The notes under the pieces: model-generated
Seen by the model: the letters and a program-made list of their open reading frames with translations, nothing else
Databases searched by the model: none
Told to the model about the DNA's origin: nothing
Assembly: GCA_030141605.1 (NCBI GenBank)
Contig: JAQGDQ010000231.1
Coordinates: 248,001 to 312,000 of the forward strand
Length of the DNA: 64,000 nt
Origin: Tubiluchus corallicola
Lineage: Eukaryota > Animalia > Priapulida
Direction of reading: 5' to 3'
Shown: in pieces, positions 38,444 through 51,751 of the stretch
Layout: every line of letters starts with the position of its first letter
Numbering within the stretch: the stretch's first letter is position 1
Made by a program: the position numbers and the translations under genes

Positions 38444-38980
38444 GGCCTACACAACTGTTGTACAATAGTCTTTTCCAAAAAGGCATCCGCCTATGGAATA
38501 GTTTACCAGTTGAAAACAGACAGGCTTTCCTTTCTCCCTTTGCCTTTAAAAGTAGATTGTTGAACTTATGGGGAGTTCGTACTAAATCAGTATACCCCAA
38601 TTATAATGATGATCAAAGTAATGAGATTTCAACAAATAGATTCGTTGCCAATTTTTCGCAATTAAAAGGTGATTTGTTTTCCAGGAATATTATCGTGACC
38701 CTTCATGTAGCTGCAACAATTCGACTGAAAGCCCCGCCATTATTGTTTTGAGTGTGCAAACTATGACATACATAGAACACTATTATTGGATCAGCACTGT
38801 TATTATCGGCACATAACTCATGAATTACACGCCAACCCTAGACCTGCTATTATATACAACAACATTTTTCATAGACTCAAATCAGGTCATCCATCCAGTG
38901 GCATTCTCTTTAAATTGTTGCAGAACTATATAAAGTCCACTAAAGGTTTTGTTAACTGTATGTACGTATAATTGTATTTT
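38444..38980 (+). pseudogene. 5'-truncated CR1-like LINE 3' end
   Basis: YNSLFQKGIRLWNSLP, LKGDLFSRNI, then frameshifted DPSCSCNNSTES..FECANY: motifs of the CR1-type ORF2 C-terminus. Confidence 0.7.
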
Positions 38981-39397
38981 AAGTTATTATGTAGACTGTC
39001 TCTCAATCAAGTACTCCATTAACAAATGACTTATGCTAGAAACAACTATATGTATTGCTGTAATAACTGTAATACTACACTAACTGTATTAATTCCACAT
39101 ATATTGGATTTCTGAATTAAGTAGCAACATTGTGCATTACATAATGCACACATGCACATAATGTACACACACGTCAATTAATGTACACATGCACATAATG
39201 TACACACACGTCAATTAATGTACACGTGTACCTCAAGACACTCAGTTTTCCTACATGAGACTCATAGATTCGCAAGGTAACCATATGCCAGATTCGAAAT
39301 CATGTGGGTAATCATCGGGTACTGCTAAGGTTATATAGTCACTTGGCTCTATATATATATATATAAGTAAAGGTAATGACATAACTAAATTTCCTAA

Positions 39398-39636
39398 ACT
39401 ATCCCTGCCCAAGAAGTATGGCTAAAGTTTACAATTCCCCACATATAAGAAATTAGTTTGTGAAGTGGAGTAGGGTTAGGGTTAGAGTTACTATCCCTGC
39501 CCAAGAAATATGGCTAAAGTTTACAATTCCCCACACACAGGAAACTAGTTCGTGAAGTGGATTAGGGATGGGTTGGGTTAGGGTTAGGGTTATGAACAGG
39601 CTTAGGGTATTTAAATTGTGTGGGGAAATGCAAACT
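39398..39636. repeat. Small element with internal TTAGGG repeats and an inverted repeat, partly duplicated in tandem (92-bp unit)
   Basis: ACTATCCCTGCCCAAGAA..AGTTTACAATTCCCCACA..TAGGGTTAGGGTTAG occurs at 39398 and 39490; the inverted TGTGGGGAAATGCAAACT is at 39619-39636. Confidence 0.7.
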
Positions 39637-41688
39637 CCTTCCGAATGTATAACATTCAGTTTTTCTAATTTGAATTCAAAAAGTCTCCTGACAAGAATAA
39701 CAGCGTACGTACTAGTCTGCTTTCTTGCAGTACGAATGCAAACAGTTTTTAACCATTTTCAGGGCATATTCATTTCAAACGTCACTTGTTTCAAGCAGGT
39801 ATTAGCATCAAATCTCCAGCACCTGGCATACGTACAATCTAATTTATTTAATCGGCTATGGCTACTGCATCATTTTTGAAATAGCAACATGCACTGATTT
39901 GATCAATGCTATTATGGGTGAGTTTACCACTGCAACTTTCTAGTGGCCGTATTCTATTAAGCAGAATGTCGCAGCTGCACCCTGGCAACCACAGAAGTAC
40001 TCAGTCCGATGATCACAATCAAACAAAATTAGAAATATGATCACACTACCTACTCGTACTGAAAGGTCATTTGATCAGTACTACAAGCATAAAAGAAAAA
40101 ATGTATTAGTTAGTATTAACGCCAATGTCCTCTTTGCGAAAATCTTGGTGTCCAACTGCATTTAACAATGATATAAAAGCATGAAAGCATGCCTTACTGG
40201 CAAGTATTACAGGCCTAAATTAGGAAGTATAAAAAATTTTGCAACTACACAGGAACTTGAAACCAAAGCCTTCTGCTTTTAAGACAGCTATGCTAACCGA
40301 CAAATAAGAGTTAATAGCTATTACTGGCACTGAACAGTAACTTCCACAGTGAGAAAACTAACCTTGAAACTTCACTTTGGATGAAATGACGGTTATCTTA
40401 TACGAATGCTCACAAGCTTCTCAGACAAATTGCAATACAAATCAAAGAAATTGTTTTATTCAAAGTGGAATGGATGAAAGCAACACTATCTGAATGCCCT
40501 TGCAGCATGAAATGCAACATAAATGATGTTTTCCATTCTCAATGAAAGGTGCTGGTGAACAAGACTTTTATTAAGAACAAGTACAAGCATGTTTCAAATG
40601 CACATTTATAAATGAGCGCTGACTCACAGTCGAGTTTTTCAATTCCTAATCACCAAGTATTGCTTTTTTTAAATTTAATTCAAAAGGCAAGATGATAGAT
40701 CAGGAGATGGGAAACACAAAAATGAGTTCCCGTTTATAGGAATAAATGAAGTTGCCTAAATATTGTCATTAATGTAAAAAAGGTAAGTGCCCAAACTGGC
40801 TCTGAATGTACTTTATTAAAGTTGTATCCATTGGCCACCATAAGACAAAAATCTAGACAGATGGGGGAAGGAGGTTTATAGCCAAAACACTACAACTTTA
40901 CTAAAATATATTAAAAGCTAATTTGGGCACTTGCCTTTCTGAGTCAGTTTCTTGCTAATATGGTCAATATGATATGTGGTTCTTCTACATAATCATACTG
41001 GGCAAGCACAAATTGTGCAAGTCTAAGAACAAATGCCCCTAAGCTCATTTTTAAAAATAAGCGAAAATGATTGTACAGGTTTTTTAGTTTCAACCAGTTA
41101 AAATTTTTCAGATGTGACCAAATTTGGGGCTTCCATTACTCAGTGCTCTGTTATAACAATGCCTTAACCTTATTCAGAAGTTCTACATCAAATAGTATTC
41201 AATTAAAACAGAAATGTAAGTCCCTGCCAAAGCCAAGAGGCTTGAATGAAGCGAATTGTGGTAAAGCAAGATGTGGCTCAAGTGAAGCAAATTGTTTTTC
41301 TAATACAGTTCTGCACAAAACAAACCAGTGACGGGACTTACTTAATGTTGATGTTTGTGGAGAAACTGAAACATAGGTCATTATGAAGTCTATGACTCTA
41401 TGATGAGCCACTGAACTAGCAAACGTAATTTTGTAAATGTAAACGTTCAGAACATGAAGTGAATGTGAACACATCCTCTCTCATTCAAGGTAAACGGACA
41501 GAACCAGTACGGCAAATGAGACCACTCAGAGAGTAGTCTCATTTGTACATGCAGAGACCTCTCGGATATTACCTCACCTCAACAGGCTGTTATGCAGTCA
41601 TGAGATGCAAGACAATCAACAGGGAAGGATAGGGACTGACTTAGTCAGTAGTCAGTATAAAGTCCAACAAATTTTATAATATCCTCAC

Positions 41689-41846
41689 CTTGTTCTGTGG
41701 GTGGAAAGTATCGATGAAGTATTCTGTTGATGAAGAGACAGAGATTCTCACATCGCTTTAAATGATGCTGCAGCCGTGCACTTGGCACAGGTATCTTCAA
41801 CAAAGGTGCAAGATATCCAAAAACAATAGCATCCAGCATTACTGGC
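41689..41846 (-). CDS. MTX1: Metaxin-1-like, exon 7
   Basis: ttttcag/gtgagg; (M)PVMLDAIVFGYLAPLLKIPVPSARLQHHLKRCENLCLFINRILHRYFP, a GST-C-like metaxin region; 158 nt, phase 2 to 1. Confidence 0.95.
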
Positions 41847-42644
41847 CTGAAAACATGTTTATTAAATAGTTTATATTTAACTTCTTTCAATATATCTTTA
41901 TAAATGTCAGTGTCTTTCAACCGTACTGCACATATAACAGGCAGTGTTTGGTGCATGAAAAGAAGTACATAAAAAATATTTGAACAAAAACAAAAATACA
42001 GAATTCAGGAAATTTTAGCAAAAGAATAGGAGTATCAAACACAGAAGAAAAATGTTACTTGTTGTAATAATGTCACTTAATATTGTAAATTAACAAGGCT
42101 AAAAATTATCAACATAGACCACTAACACAAATCATTAATGACATTAAGTTTGGAAAGCTCGAAAACACTACTATAAAAGTGTAACAAAATACTGCCACAT
42201 TAAAAGAATGGTAAGCTAAAGGAATTGGAATCCTTTCACAAAATATATGGAAATAACTTTTTGGCCTGTGTTGCTCAATTGTTTAAAAATTCTTTTTACA
42301 GCCAAACGTTGGCAAATATTTCCCACATTATTGAATGGATAATGACAATGATAAGACTATACCAATGTTAAAAGTCAAAGTTAAATGTGTCATAGTGCCA
42401 ATTCACCCACTAGGTCTACATTTAGGTAATAATATTAATTTCCTAACGGATACATTTATATAACAGTATGGAGGCATTAGTAGCTATTGCAAGTTCATTC
42501 AGGAATGTGCATAACTATTTAAAGAAGATATCTGACCTGCCATTGATGCATTAAATATGATTTGAACTCGGGGCTAAACTTCTTAAAATAATCAGAAACT
42601 TAGTTACAGCACTAATGTTGAAGATAAACTCAGTTTACATGCCT

Positions 42645-42690
42645 AACTTAGTTAGTAAGTGGATGAGTGACCAACGGGAAAACTGCAGAT
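42645..42690 (+). mobile_element. 5S rRNA-derived SINE relic, copy 1
   Basis: TAGTTAGTAAGTGGATGAGTGACCAACGGGAA resembles 5S TGGTTAGTACTTGGATGGGAGACCGCCTGGGAA (intermediate element and box C). Confidence 0.55.
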
Positions 42691-42863
42691 TAGCGTAGCA
42701 TTGCCCATCAGTAAACAAAAATATTCAATCACACTTCAAAGGAAAATACTATAAATTACTCCCTGAAATATTTGTTTTATGTGCATTCTAATCACTAAAG
42801 CAGAAAGTTCCAAAATTTTATTTATTTCGACAATTATGCTTTATGTAAACAAAATATTCTCAC

Positions 42864-42940
42864 ATTTCTCCACAGAAAAATTCACTTTTGTCCAGCCTAG
42901 TTGACAAGATGTTTAAACATCGTTGAGCTTCTTTATATAT
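42864..42940 (-). CDS. MTX1: Metaxin-1-like, exon 6
   Basis: tttttcag/gtgaga; IYKEAQRCLNILSTRLDKSEFFCGE (cf. LYREARECLTLLSQRLGSQKFFFGD); 77 nt, phase 0 to 2. Confidence 0.95.
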
Positions 42941-45162
42941 CTGAAAAAAGAAAAACATTTAAATACATTTACGAATTGCAATTTTCACGCAATTAGCATT
43001 TAGTCATATAGCCAAGTAAAGTTATATTGCATCCCAAATATGAAGCAGCTCACAAAGCATAAGACAGCGAGCTTTTCCATTTTGTTTTATAAATTGCTAT
43101 TCAGTCAAGAACGGATTTTCTAAAAATGTAATAAAAATGGGCTAGGTTTGCAAAATGAGTCTGTGAAGATTGGTGGTGCTTAAAAATTAATCCTGTTCGT
43201 TAAAATACATAACACAGCATCTATCTTACAGCATTCTAAGGAAATGATAAATTAGTGATTTATGTGAACAACAAAATAACACTGATTCTAATGACAAATT
43301 TATTAAACTTATCTACACTATTAAAAAAATCAGCTGGCACTGGCTTCTAAAACCACAAAGCTTAGATAATTTTTGGAAACAAGGAATGCAATTTACCAAG
43401 AAGAGCAAGCAAGTGCAATGGAACAGACTATTTCTATCATAATAACAGAACTGAAATGAAGAAAATTACTCTTTTATACATATAAATGGCAATTAGCTTT
43501 ATCAATAAATATTATATGTTCGTATCTGCATGAAAATGGACAAAAATTTTCATGTGCATGTAGTTTCACCATCATAATGTCCAGTGCTTTGTAATAAATG
43601 AATAATACGAAAAAAAAGGGAAATGAAGGAAAATGTAGAAAAAACAGTAAAAACATGAAACAGAAATATTTGATGGTAGTTCAAAAACTGAAAATGAAAA
43701 TAAAAGCGTTTTCTATTAGCTACTCGGCATCACATTGGCAGACAACTCAAGCATTATAAACATTTGAACTATCCGAGTAAATTTGCAAAAAAGACAGAAG
43801 AGACAACACGAAGCTACTATGTATTCAGAACACATAACAAAAACTAATGGAAAACTGGCTGCACAAGAAAAAATTGAATTAGAAAGAGCGAAACATGTTT
43901 GCAAAAACTTCTGCCAAATGTCACACTGCTGATGTTTTAACAAACGAAGATTAACGATACTGCTTTTCTAACAGCATTATAATTATAATTACTACAATAT
44001 TAAACACCACATTAATTAAATTAATTAAAAATTTGCGATATTAATCAATAAAAAACTTAATTAGAAATCTGACATCAATAATTTGTGGAATCAAGGTTTC
44101 TAATCTCGCTATAATAGACAAACTTTATAATTAAGCATCCTAACAAGGTTAGCAACTAGCCATTAATCTCGAATTTTCAACAGCTTTCTCAAAAGATGAC
44201 AATCTTTCAGCAGCACTTGAATTAATTGCAAAATTAAATGCCTGACTTGTATTTAATGCAGTGGCTACTGAAAATAACTGACGAACACGTGTAATTGAAA
44301 CAGCCCATCAGTTTCCTCCTCCATAATTTAATTAAACATGCATAGCAATTATTAAAACATGACAATAGTAAATTGGCAACTAAAACAAATTATCTGACTA
44401 TTGACGAAATAAAATTATTGTTTAACACATTTAGTCTTTATTTAAAGCAAAGATGGAACTACTTTTTAACGTAAATTCACTTTATCACTTGAGGCACACA
44501 ACTAAGAAATTAAAAGCAGAGACGCATGTATATGAAAAAGAATACACAAAAATACAATAAGAAACAGTTGCCAAGTGAGACAGCAATTATAGACAGTAGT
44601 ACTATATGTTCAGTAGACAGCAGCACATGAAAGGGGTGAGCATATAACTGTACATAATTATGTGACAAGCCTATTAGAAGGGAAACATGACCCAAATTCT
44701 TTCACTATGTGGGGAGATTGTGGAAGTTGGAAGCAAAAGTGGATCATTCAGTCAAATTACCACCCACCACAGAAAGGTTCATGATGACATGTGACATCTT
44801 TCTTTTCTTGACACTGTGAAGGCAATGCAACAGAAAGCGCCATCTTACTCAAGGACAATGTGAAATCAGAATGGTTAACAAAGAGGTTTTCACTGCCTGT
44901 CTTAATTGAATCAACAAACTCAATAGTCTCTCTCGCTGCCTGAAATGCTAGTTACAAGACTTATAATGATGTGCTCCTAAATAATAAACAACTCATGCTA
45001 CAAGATATATAATTCCTGACTAAGACAGAAATGTCTTTGTCTCCTTTTATATCTAGATGATAAGGGGTGTAATAATGTGATTTTGGATTAAATTCTGTAG
45101 GATTAGCCTTGCGACATGTAAATGCGGGTAGCTGGCTAGTAGCCAAATAGTTATGTTGGCTA

Positions 45163-45230
45163 TGAAAGTAAAGCAGTGTCAACTGTCAAGTCTAGTCAGT
45201 AAGTGGATAGGTGACCAACAGAAAAACTGC
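45163..45230 (+). mobile_element. 5S rRNA-derived SINE relic, copy 2
   Basis: AAGTAAAGCAGTGTC..TAGTCAGTAAGTGGATAGGTGACC matches the 5S box A / intermediate element / box C layout; homologous to 42645-42690. Confidence 0.55.
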
Positions 45231-45846
45231 TTCTTGGCAGTTTCACCTGCCATAATGTCTCTGTCACACTGAATAAGGATGGTGGAGAGAGCCACCTATG
45301 CCAGTTCAGTTTCTCACTATAATGCATTATTCTTAGTATGTAGTATATGGCCAAACCTTAAATATTCACTGAGCGTTATAGTATGCCATAATGTTTTCAA
45401 GCTTGGTATGTGTTGAACAGTACCTAATAAATTTTGTGTATTACAAAAGTACAAATAGAATATTACAAAAACAGCTACCTTCGAACATGCTGGCAATAAC
45501 GAATGACATGGCCACTTATTGAAGCACACCATTTTTACACAATGTATCATTAATGTTATATATAAATTAAAAACAAAAAATTTAGCATCGATCTTTTAAA
45601 ATTAAATTGCAATAAACACAGGCCCAAATACGTTTTCAGTTTTTTTCATTATGTAAGCAGCTTAGGCTTTACTAATTCTCACAATAACATTCATGAAATC
45701 ACACAAGGAGGATTCCCTCTAGTAACTTCCACTTTAGTAATGACAGAAATGACAGCTTTTGGTTTTCTCCTTGAAAAAAGAAAACTGGTTGAACATAATG
45801 CAGAACCAGTAAAAAAAATACAATGCATTAAGAAGTTGAGACATAC

Positions 45847-46023
45847 CGAATCCTCTCGCTTGCTGATATCTAGAGCATGTTCTGAGGTGTGCTCTAAATA
45901 TTTACGAAACAACCTATGTCGACTGCCGGGAATATAAAAATTGAAAGGAAATGGTGAATTCTTATGAAACCATGGTCGTGTGACATCTGTGTAATTCTTT
46001 TGGTCCAACCACCATGTGTAAGC
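45847..46023 (-). CDS. MTX1: Metaxin-1-like, exon 5
   Basis: tcttcag/gtatgt; AYTWWLDQKNYTDVTRPWFHKNSPFPFNFYIPG (cf. FWIDTKNYVEVTRKWYAEAMPFPLNFFLPG); 177 nt, phase 0 to 0. Confidence 0.96.
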
Positions 46024-47558
46024 CTGAAGAAAATTATATAAAGTTTAATACTGTAATTTATGTGTTCTTCTTATACAAAGTAAAAGATTATTAAGTCAAA
46101 GCCAGAAAAAGGCGAACCGATGAGAGTATAAACATACATCTGTCTATTCATTATTCTACAGCAGCACTTTTCTATTGTGCAACTCATGTTTGATGCTTGA
46201 TAGCAAAGAGATTTTTGCAACTGACACAGCTAAAAAAAATCAGTCAATGGCTTTAAAACGTTGACATTTATTTTACACAGCTAATTATAATACCGAACAA
46301 GATCTGAACAAGAAAGAGAATCATCTATTTACTTAAAGGAGAAGAAAAGGTATTCCTGAAGTAGGTTTCAGAAAAATTGCCTTAAAAATTATACTAGTTT
46401 ATTGCAATCTTAATGGTATAGCGTACTCGCGTTAAAAGGAATTTTTGTTGGTTTTCGTCTTAAATCTCCTGCGATACTGATCCGACCGCACCATTACATA
46501 ACGTCACCTATGCACAACGTAAATCGGGGGAAGAAAAGACAATGTTTAAATATGTCCCAAAAGACTTTTCATGCAAAGTTATACAACTTGGCTTTACGCT
46601 TAACTGCTTGAAAGCCTTATGCAACTAGAAAAGAAAATTCTTAATAACTTAAAATGTTCCCACAAATTGGTAAAATGTCGTTGACTCACCTCCAGGGTGC
46701 ACCACTCACTAACCAAAGTTTAATCTTATTGACAAGATACATTAATTTAAAATTTTGCTTAGTTGATGTAGTATGCACTACAAAGGCTCTGATTATTTTT
46801 TCAAACTGTGCGCAGTATTATCTAAACTTATTTCAAATGACTTATCATCAAAATGGCTGCACTTAATGGTCATCGTGGAAATTTAAATTTGCAAGTTTTA
46901 TGCAGCGTTACTGGTTAAGACAGCATGTCATTGGTGTAAAATTTCAAGACGAACTTTTTAAGTTTTATGTTAGTGAAAGGTTTCTTGTGCTTCAAAAGAT
47001 TTAAGAAAATTACTTTATGTCAAATTTTGTATAGCAGTGCTTTTAGACTTTTTAGGACTGATGATAAGACGAAACCAGCCAATTGCTTAGGTCCAGCTGT
47101 TCAAAAGACAATACAGTGACATGCACTCACTGCCATTGATCTATATTAAGTTTCCAACGAAAAGTATTACGGCTAGTTATGTATTTGAGAAACAACATCT
47201 TTAACTTCTATTGAATGAACAAAGTTTTTACTTAATTTACCTGTTCTCACATGAGAAAGCAAACAAAATCTGTTTTAATTGCAAAAGTGCATTCAGTTAA
47301 CTTACTTAGGCTAAGGCTCATATTAACAATGGAAAACTTACAGGTGCACAGTTTTGTTGCTACCACATTAATATTTTTTATTCCAAAAAGCATGAGACTG
47401 TAAGAAACAATGTGAAATTTAGGAATTACTACTGTTAAAAATGATCACAAGCTTAAAAGTTTCAAATGAATGAATAGGAGAAAAGATACAGTGCTTAATA
47501 CAATTGTGGAGAAAAAACGAGTAAATGAGTAAAATAAGTAAACTTTACCACCACTCAC

Positions 47559-47651
47559 CAAAGCGGGTAAAAGCTTTTGCTCTAACAAGGAAATGTAAGC
47601 TAAAATCTCACTGCTTTGTTTTGCAGTTAGCTCAAAATCAGCCCCAAAATT
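47559..47651 (-). CDS. MTX1: Metaxin-1-like, exon 4
   Basis: ttttcag/gtgagt; NFGADFELTAKQSSEILAYISLLEQKLLPAL; 93 nt, phase 0 to 0. Confidence 0.95.
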
Positions 47652-47974
47652 CTGAAAATTAAAAACGAAAAAACGCTAGTCAGGAAAACTACAGACAAGT
47701 GCAAAGGAAAAACATATACAATATACGACATTTTTATTAGTAAAGCAAAAAGGAAAAGATTATCGATAATATAAGTAAATGATAGTAATAGATAATAATA
47801 ATAGACTAATAATAGCTTGAGAATACACAATGTATGCATTCATACTGATAAACAGACATAAGTACTTGCCAGGTAATTTATGTCAATAGCTGGTGATTAA
47901 TAAAAATTTTTAACGAAATAACTTTACCTTTCCTTCGGCAAATTATAAAAACATCTACAGATTGCACACATATA

Positions 47975-49926
47975 CAGTAGGTGCCGCTTAATAGACTCAA
48001 TCACCTAACTGACTAAAAAACACCTAGTATGGGCCACTTCGATTCAAATGTACATAAAAACTGTCAGTAATTGACTCAGATAACTACGCATAAGTTACTC
48101 AATATTTTTGCTGCACATGCTTCAATAAGACACTTTCATGACACTAATAAGCTGTTATGACTTTTAATCGTCTTAGTTCGCTTTTGTCCGCTTTGTTCCC
48201 GTTTTGTTTGTAAGCAGGAACATTTATTATACTGGCTTCCTTAGACCCACCCAACCACTGCAATTCATCTCGTTACCCAAGAATTCCTGGAAGCTAAACA
48301 TTTAATCACTTGCTTAGCAGTTTGCTTTTGAAGTGTTAGAAAGTGTCTTTGCCAGAAAGTTTAATCGGTTAGTTGCTGCTGTTATGCTAGGGATACAGGT
48401 ACAAGTACAGTACAGTACGTCAGTGAGCTTAGACGAAACTACAGAGAAAGCTACTTGAGGGGAAACACGGGCACCACCAACAGTTTAAGCACTGCATGCA
48501 CTAAGTATTTTACGAGAATTTTCAATGTTTTTATCATTATGAGAACCAACCTCTTTGCGATAAAATAAAGCAGCCGACTTCGAAGGAATCAATGTAAGTG
48601 TTTTAAATAACAGACTTGTATGATTTAGAAAAGTATACTTTTTAATTTATTGCTAATTTACTTGTATAAATTAATATTATAAAATATCTTTTTCTAATTT
48701 TTAACTGCACAAAGGAGTTTAGGCATTTCTTCGTTTCTAAAATTCACTAAAAACGTTTACAGTGCATAGTAAGCTGACGACTCATACTTCTATACAAGGC
48801 TGGCAGTACAGTACGGTACGGTACAAAAAATGCTTAAAAGTACGGTACGAAATTACAGTACGGTATTTTTTCAACAGTATGGTACGGTACGAATTTACAG
48901 TAATTTTTCGTACCTTTAATGTACCTTTTCTGTACCGATTTATCTACAGCTTCTTGTAACATTTCTATTGGTCAGGAGCTCATGTGTGGGACTTACTATT
49001 CTCCCTAATTAACACAGAGGACACGCAAACAAAACCCCTAAATTGGTTCCTTTTGAGTACAAAAACTACAAAGCCACAAGTTGTTTGGAAGCTGCGGTTG
49101 TTATTTCCCGTAAATTACGTTTGTATTTGTTTATAGATTGCTTCCCATGCTTGACACCAATTCATGTAACGCGGTTGTTTTAACTGCTAATCCTAGCTAC
49201 TGTGTAATAATTTATTGCACATCTCAAGTTATGTAGATTCTGTTGAAGCAAAAACATTTCAAAATGAACGTAGTTAATGAGGAATGCTTAGAACTTTGCC
49301 GATCTGTGCAAAACAGTAACGATTTAGTCATTGCATATCACCTTGGTTAAACGTTTGCTTTGCCAACAAAAGAAGTTCGGAACGATATGACCTAACACAT
49401 TACCTGGTGACACTGCAGACGCAATAATGTTTTTAAGATGCAATACGTAGTCAACTTTTCATCTTGTGCTTGATATAATTTTAATCATCTGACTGCTTTT
49501 GTATACAATATAATAGCATAGCCTGTGTTGTGTAACTTTTGAAATCTAAAATAAATAGTACGGAAATTCAAACAGCAGTTCTGTTTCTACAGTATGCATT
49601 AATTCATAACAATAATTGATAAACTTATCATTTTTACAATTAATTTTTATGCTATTTATCTTTTTACAGCAGATCATACAGGCACCTGGTACGAAATTAC
49701 GGTACAATATTTTATCGTACTAGTACGGTACGATTCGATTTTGTAGGTACGGAATTACGGTACAGTATTTTCAGAAGTACGAAGTACGATATGTTTTTCG
49801 TATGTACAGTACTGCCAACCTTGCTTCAACACCAGTAACACTACACCAATCGGCTAACAGCTTCAGCCGGTTAATAGGGTCAAAGCACTTCGGCCCCAAA
49901 GTCAGTCTATTAAGCTGTGCCCACTG
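47975..49926. mobile_element. Non-autonomous Tc1/mariner (pogo/Tigger-like) element carrying a nested hAT insertion
   Basis: TIRs CAGTAGGTGCCGCTTAATAGACT and CAGTGGGCACAGCTTAATAGACT (19/23); TA dinucleotide on both sides. Confidence 0.82.
48795..49823. mobile_element. Non-autonomous hAT-type element (about 1.03 kb)
   Basis: TIRs CAAGGCTGGCAGTAC and CAAGGTTGGCAGTAC (14/15); 8-bp flanks CTTCTATA / CTTCAACA (6/8); dense subterminal GTACG repeats at both ends. Confidence 0.82.
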
Positions 49927-50313
49927 TATTCTAATTGTACAGCAAAATGCCATGGGTAACTATCATCTCACCAGTATCTCTTAACTTATACAAAGGGCAG
50001 TTCTTTTTACTGCATAACAATACTTAGTCTTTCACTGCACTAAGAATGCAAATGCTTTTCAAGTTTCCAGAAATTTAGTATAATATAATTTGAAAAATAG
50101 TAGGTGAAAACTCATGTCTAATATCAGAATTATACAAGTGAAGCTACAGTTGCATTATAAAGTTTATGGCAAGCATGCAAAGATGCAAAATAGTAATAAA
50201 AGTTTGAAAGGGAGTCAAAAGCATAAAATTCCTAAAAAGCAAATGCATAATTTAATCAAGATCAGAATCATTTATGCAATAATGGAACTGCACACAGCAC
50301 TTTAGTTTACTAC

Positions 50314-50390
50314 CTTTTCCCTCAAGTAAGTCACAATGTCTTTCTGCCGGTTAAATGTTCTCCCTTCATGTCTCAGAACTGGTAAATGTC
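50314..50390 (-). CDS. MTX1: Metaxin-1-like, exon 3
   Basis: tttttag/gtagta; (G)HLPVLRHEGRTFNRQKDIVTYLREK; 77 nt, phase 1 to 0. Confidence 0.94.
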
Positions 50391-51473
50391 CTAAAAATTG
50401 CAAATTTATTACTTAACAAATAAACAGTCATACATTAAAAACTAAACTGTAAATTTTTATACACAAAACTAAACAGTGGTGTTGTCAAGGGTGTCAGAAG
50501 GGGCAATTGGCTCCTTACAAGCATTTCTGTAAGGATAACAATTTTATATAACAGGTGCCAGAAAAGGGATGAAAAGGAATTTAGCAACACCAACGTCAGA
50601 CAAGGATTGGATACTCACTATTCTCCAATGATGATAGTGAAATATATATAATCAATCTCCAGTCTTACTGCACTGTCGACCAGACAAGTTAAGAATGCGT
50701 CCATGAGAAGACCATGCAAAATCGGAAGATTACGGCACAAGGTTAGGTAAACCGATTCAGACCAAAGTTCGGGTATGAGGTCCACTAGTCACTAATATTC
50801 ACTATATGAATCCGCTTGGCCCAACTCCTCATAGTAGCAGAGGTACGGCATAGGCCGATTTTCATGAAAAAATACCTATCTTTCTCTATTTTTTACTCAT
50901 ATTTGAAGGATTAGTCATGCAGCAACTACTGAGTTTGAATAGATCTGACTCTGCACAGTATTTCGATGGAGCGAATTTCTACCCTATTGTAAATGACCCC
51001 TGAAAGAGGCATACATCAGGGTGAAAATATAGGTAACAACGATCATCAAAAAGCTTCGTGTAGGTAAACATGAGTTGTCAAATCTTGTCAAAATACTTCA
51101 AAACGTCATAAATATTCATCTTTGGCAACTAGGGGCCTAGCCAGCACATTGGTTAAACTACCGACAGGATTGGCCTCCAGCATTCAAGATGGCGGCCACT
51201 GCTGAACTAAAATGTTCGTTTTCTGGGCTGTTTACCAGCGTTAAATGTGGTATTCTGGCTAGTTATCCGCACGAAATGAATATTGTGAATCTATTAGCCT
51301 GTACTAAAGGCACTGGACCGCATTTAGAGAGCTTCCATCTTCAAAAAAATGAAATATCTATGGAATCGAAATTGCTTCTTGCAAGGGCTGGAAAATGTTT
51401 TATGTACTGTTTATTTTCTGTGCTTTGTAAATGTTATGTACAGGTTATTGCCTAGTTATTACTCATTGTCTTA

Positions 51474-51751
51474 CATAGGCGTACAAGCCAGGACACAAAG
51501 AAAATTGCCCTAAATCTGAGCGAATGCCCAAAAAATATGGGACAGACTTCCCCCAAAATATCATTTGTCCTGTGATTTTTTTACTGTAAAACACCGAAAA
51601 TTTTTGTGCCATTGGCGCAATCATTCAATCACACTATTAGCATTTTTTGTCAGAAGTATCGATTTTGTGCCACAAATAAATTTTGGGCGAAGAAAAATTT
51701 TCTGAGCTAAATGTCACCGCCATCACCCTAGAAGCGGCCCATACGCTTATA
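51474..51751. mobile_element. hAT-type MITE (278 bp)
   Basis: Ends CATAGGCGTAC and, on the reverse strand, TATAAGCGTAT; 8-bp TSD TTGTCTTA (51466-51473) / TTGTCTCA (51752-51759). Confidence 0.7.

Noticed and set aside
47058-47095. CTGATGA-taagac-GAAAC...GTC hammerhead-like core
   Set aside because: No stem II closing pair and no stem I complement after the GTC; at most a decayed motif.
47812-47830. GCTTGAGAATACAC resembles part of miR-137; similar partial matches to miR-281 (about 22042) and miR-10 (about 1424)
   Set aside because: Seed or flanking bases mismatch and no precursor hairpin is evident; short matches are expected by chance.
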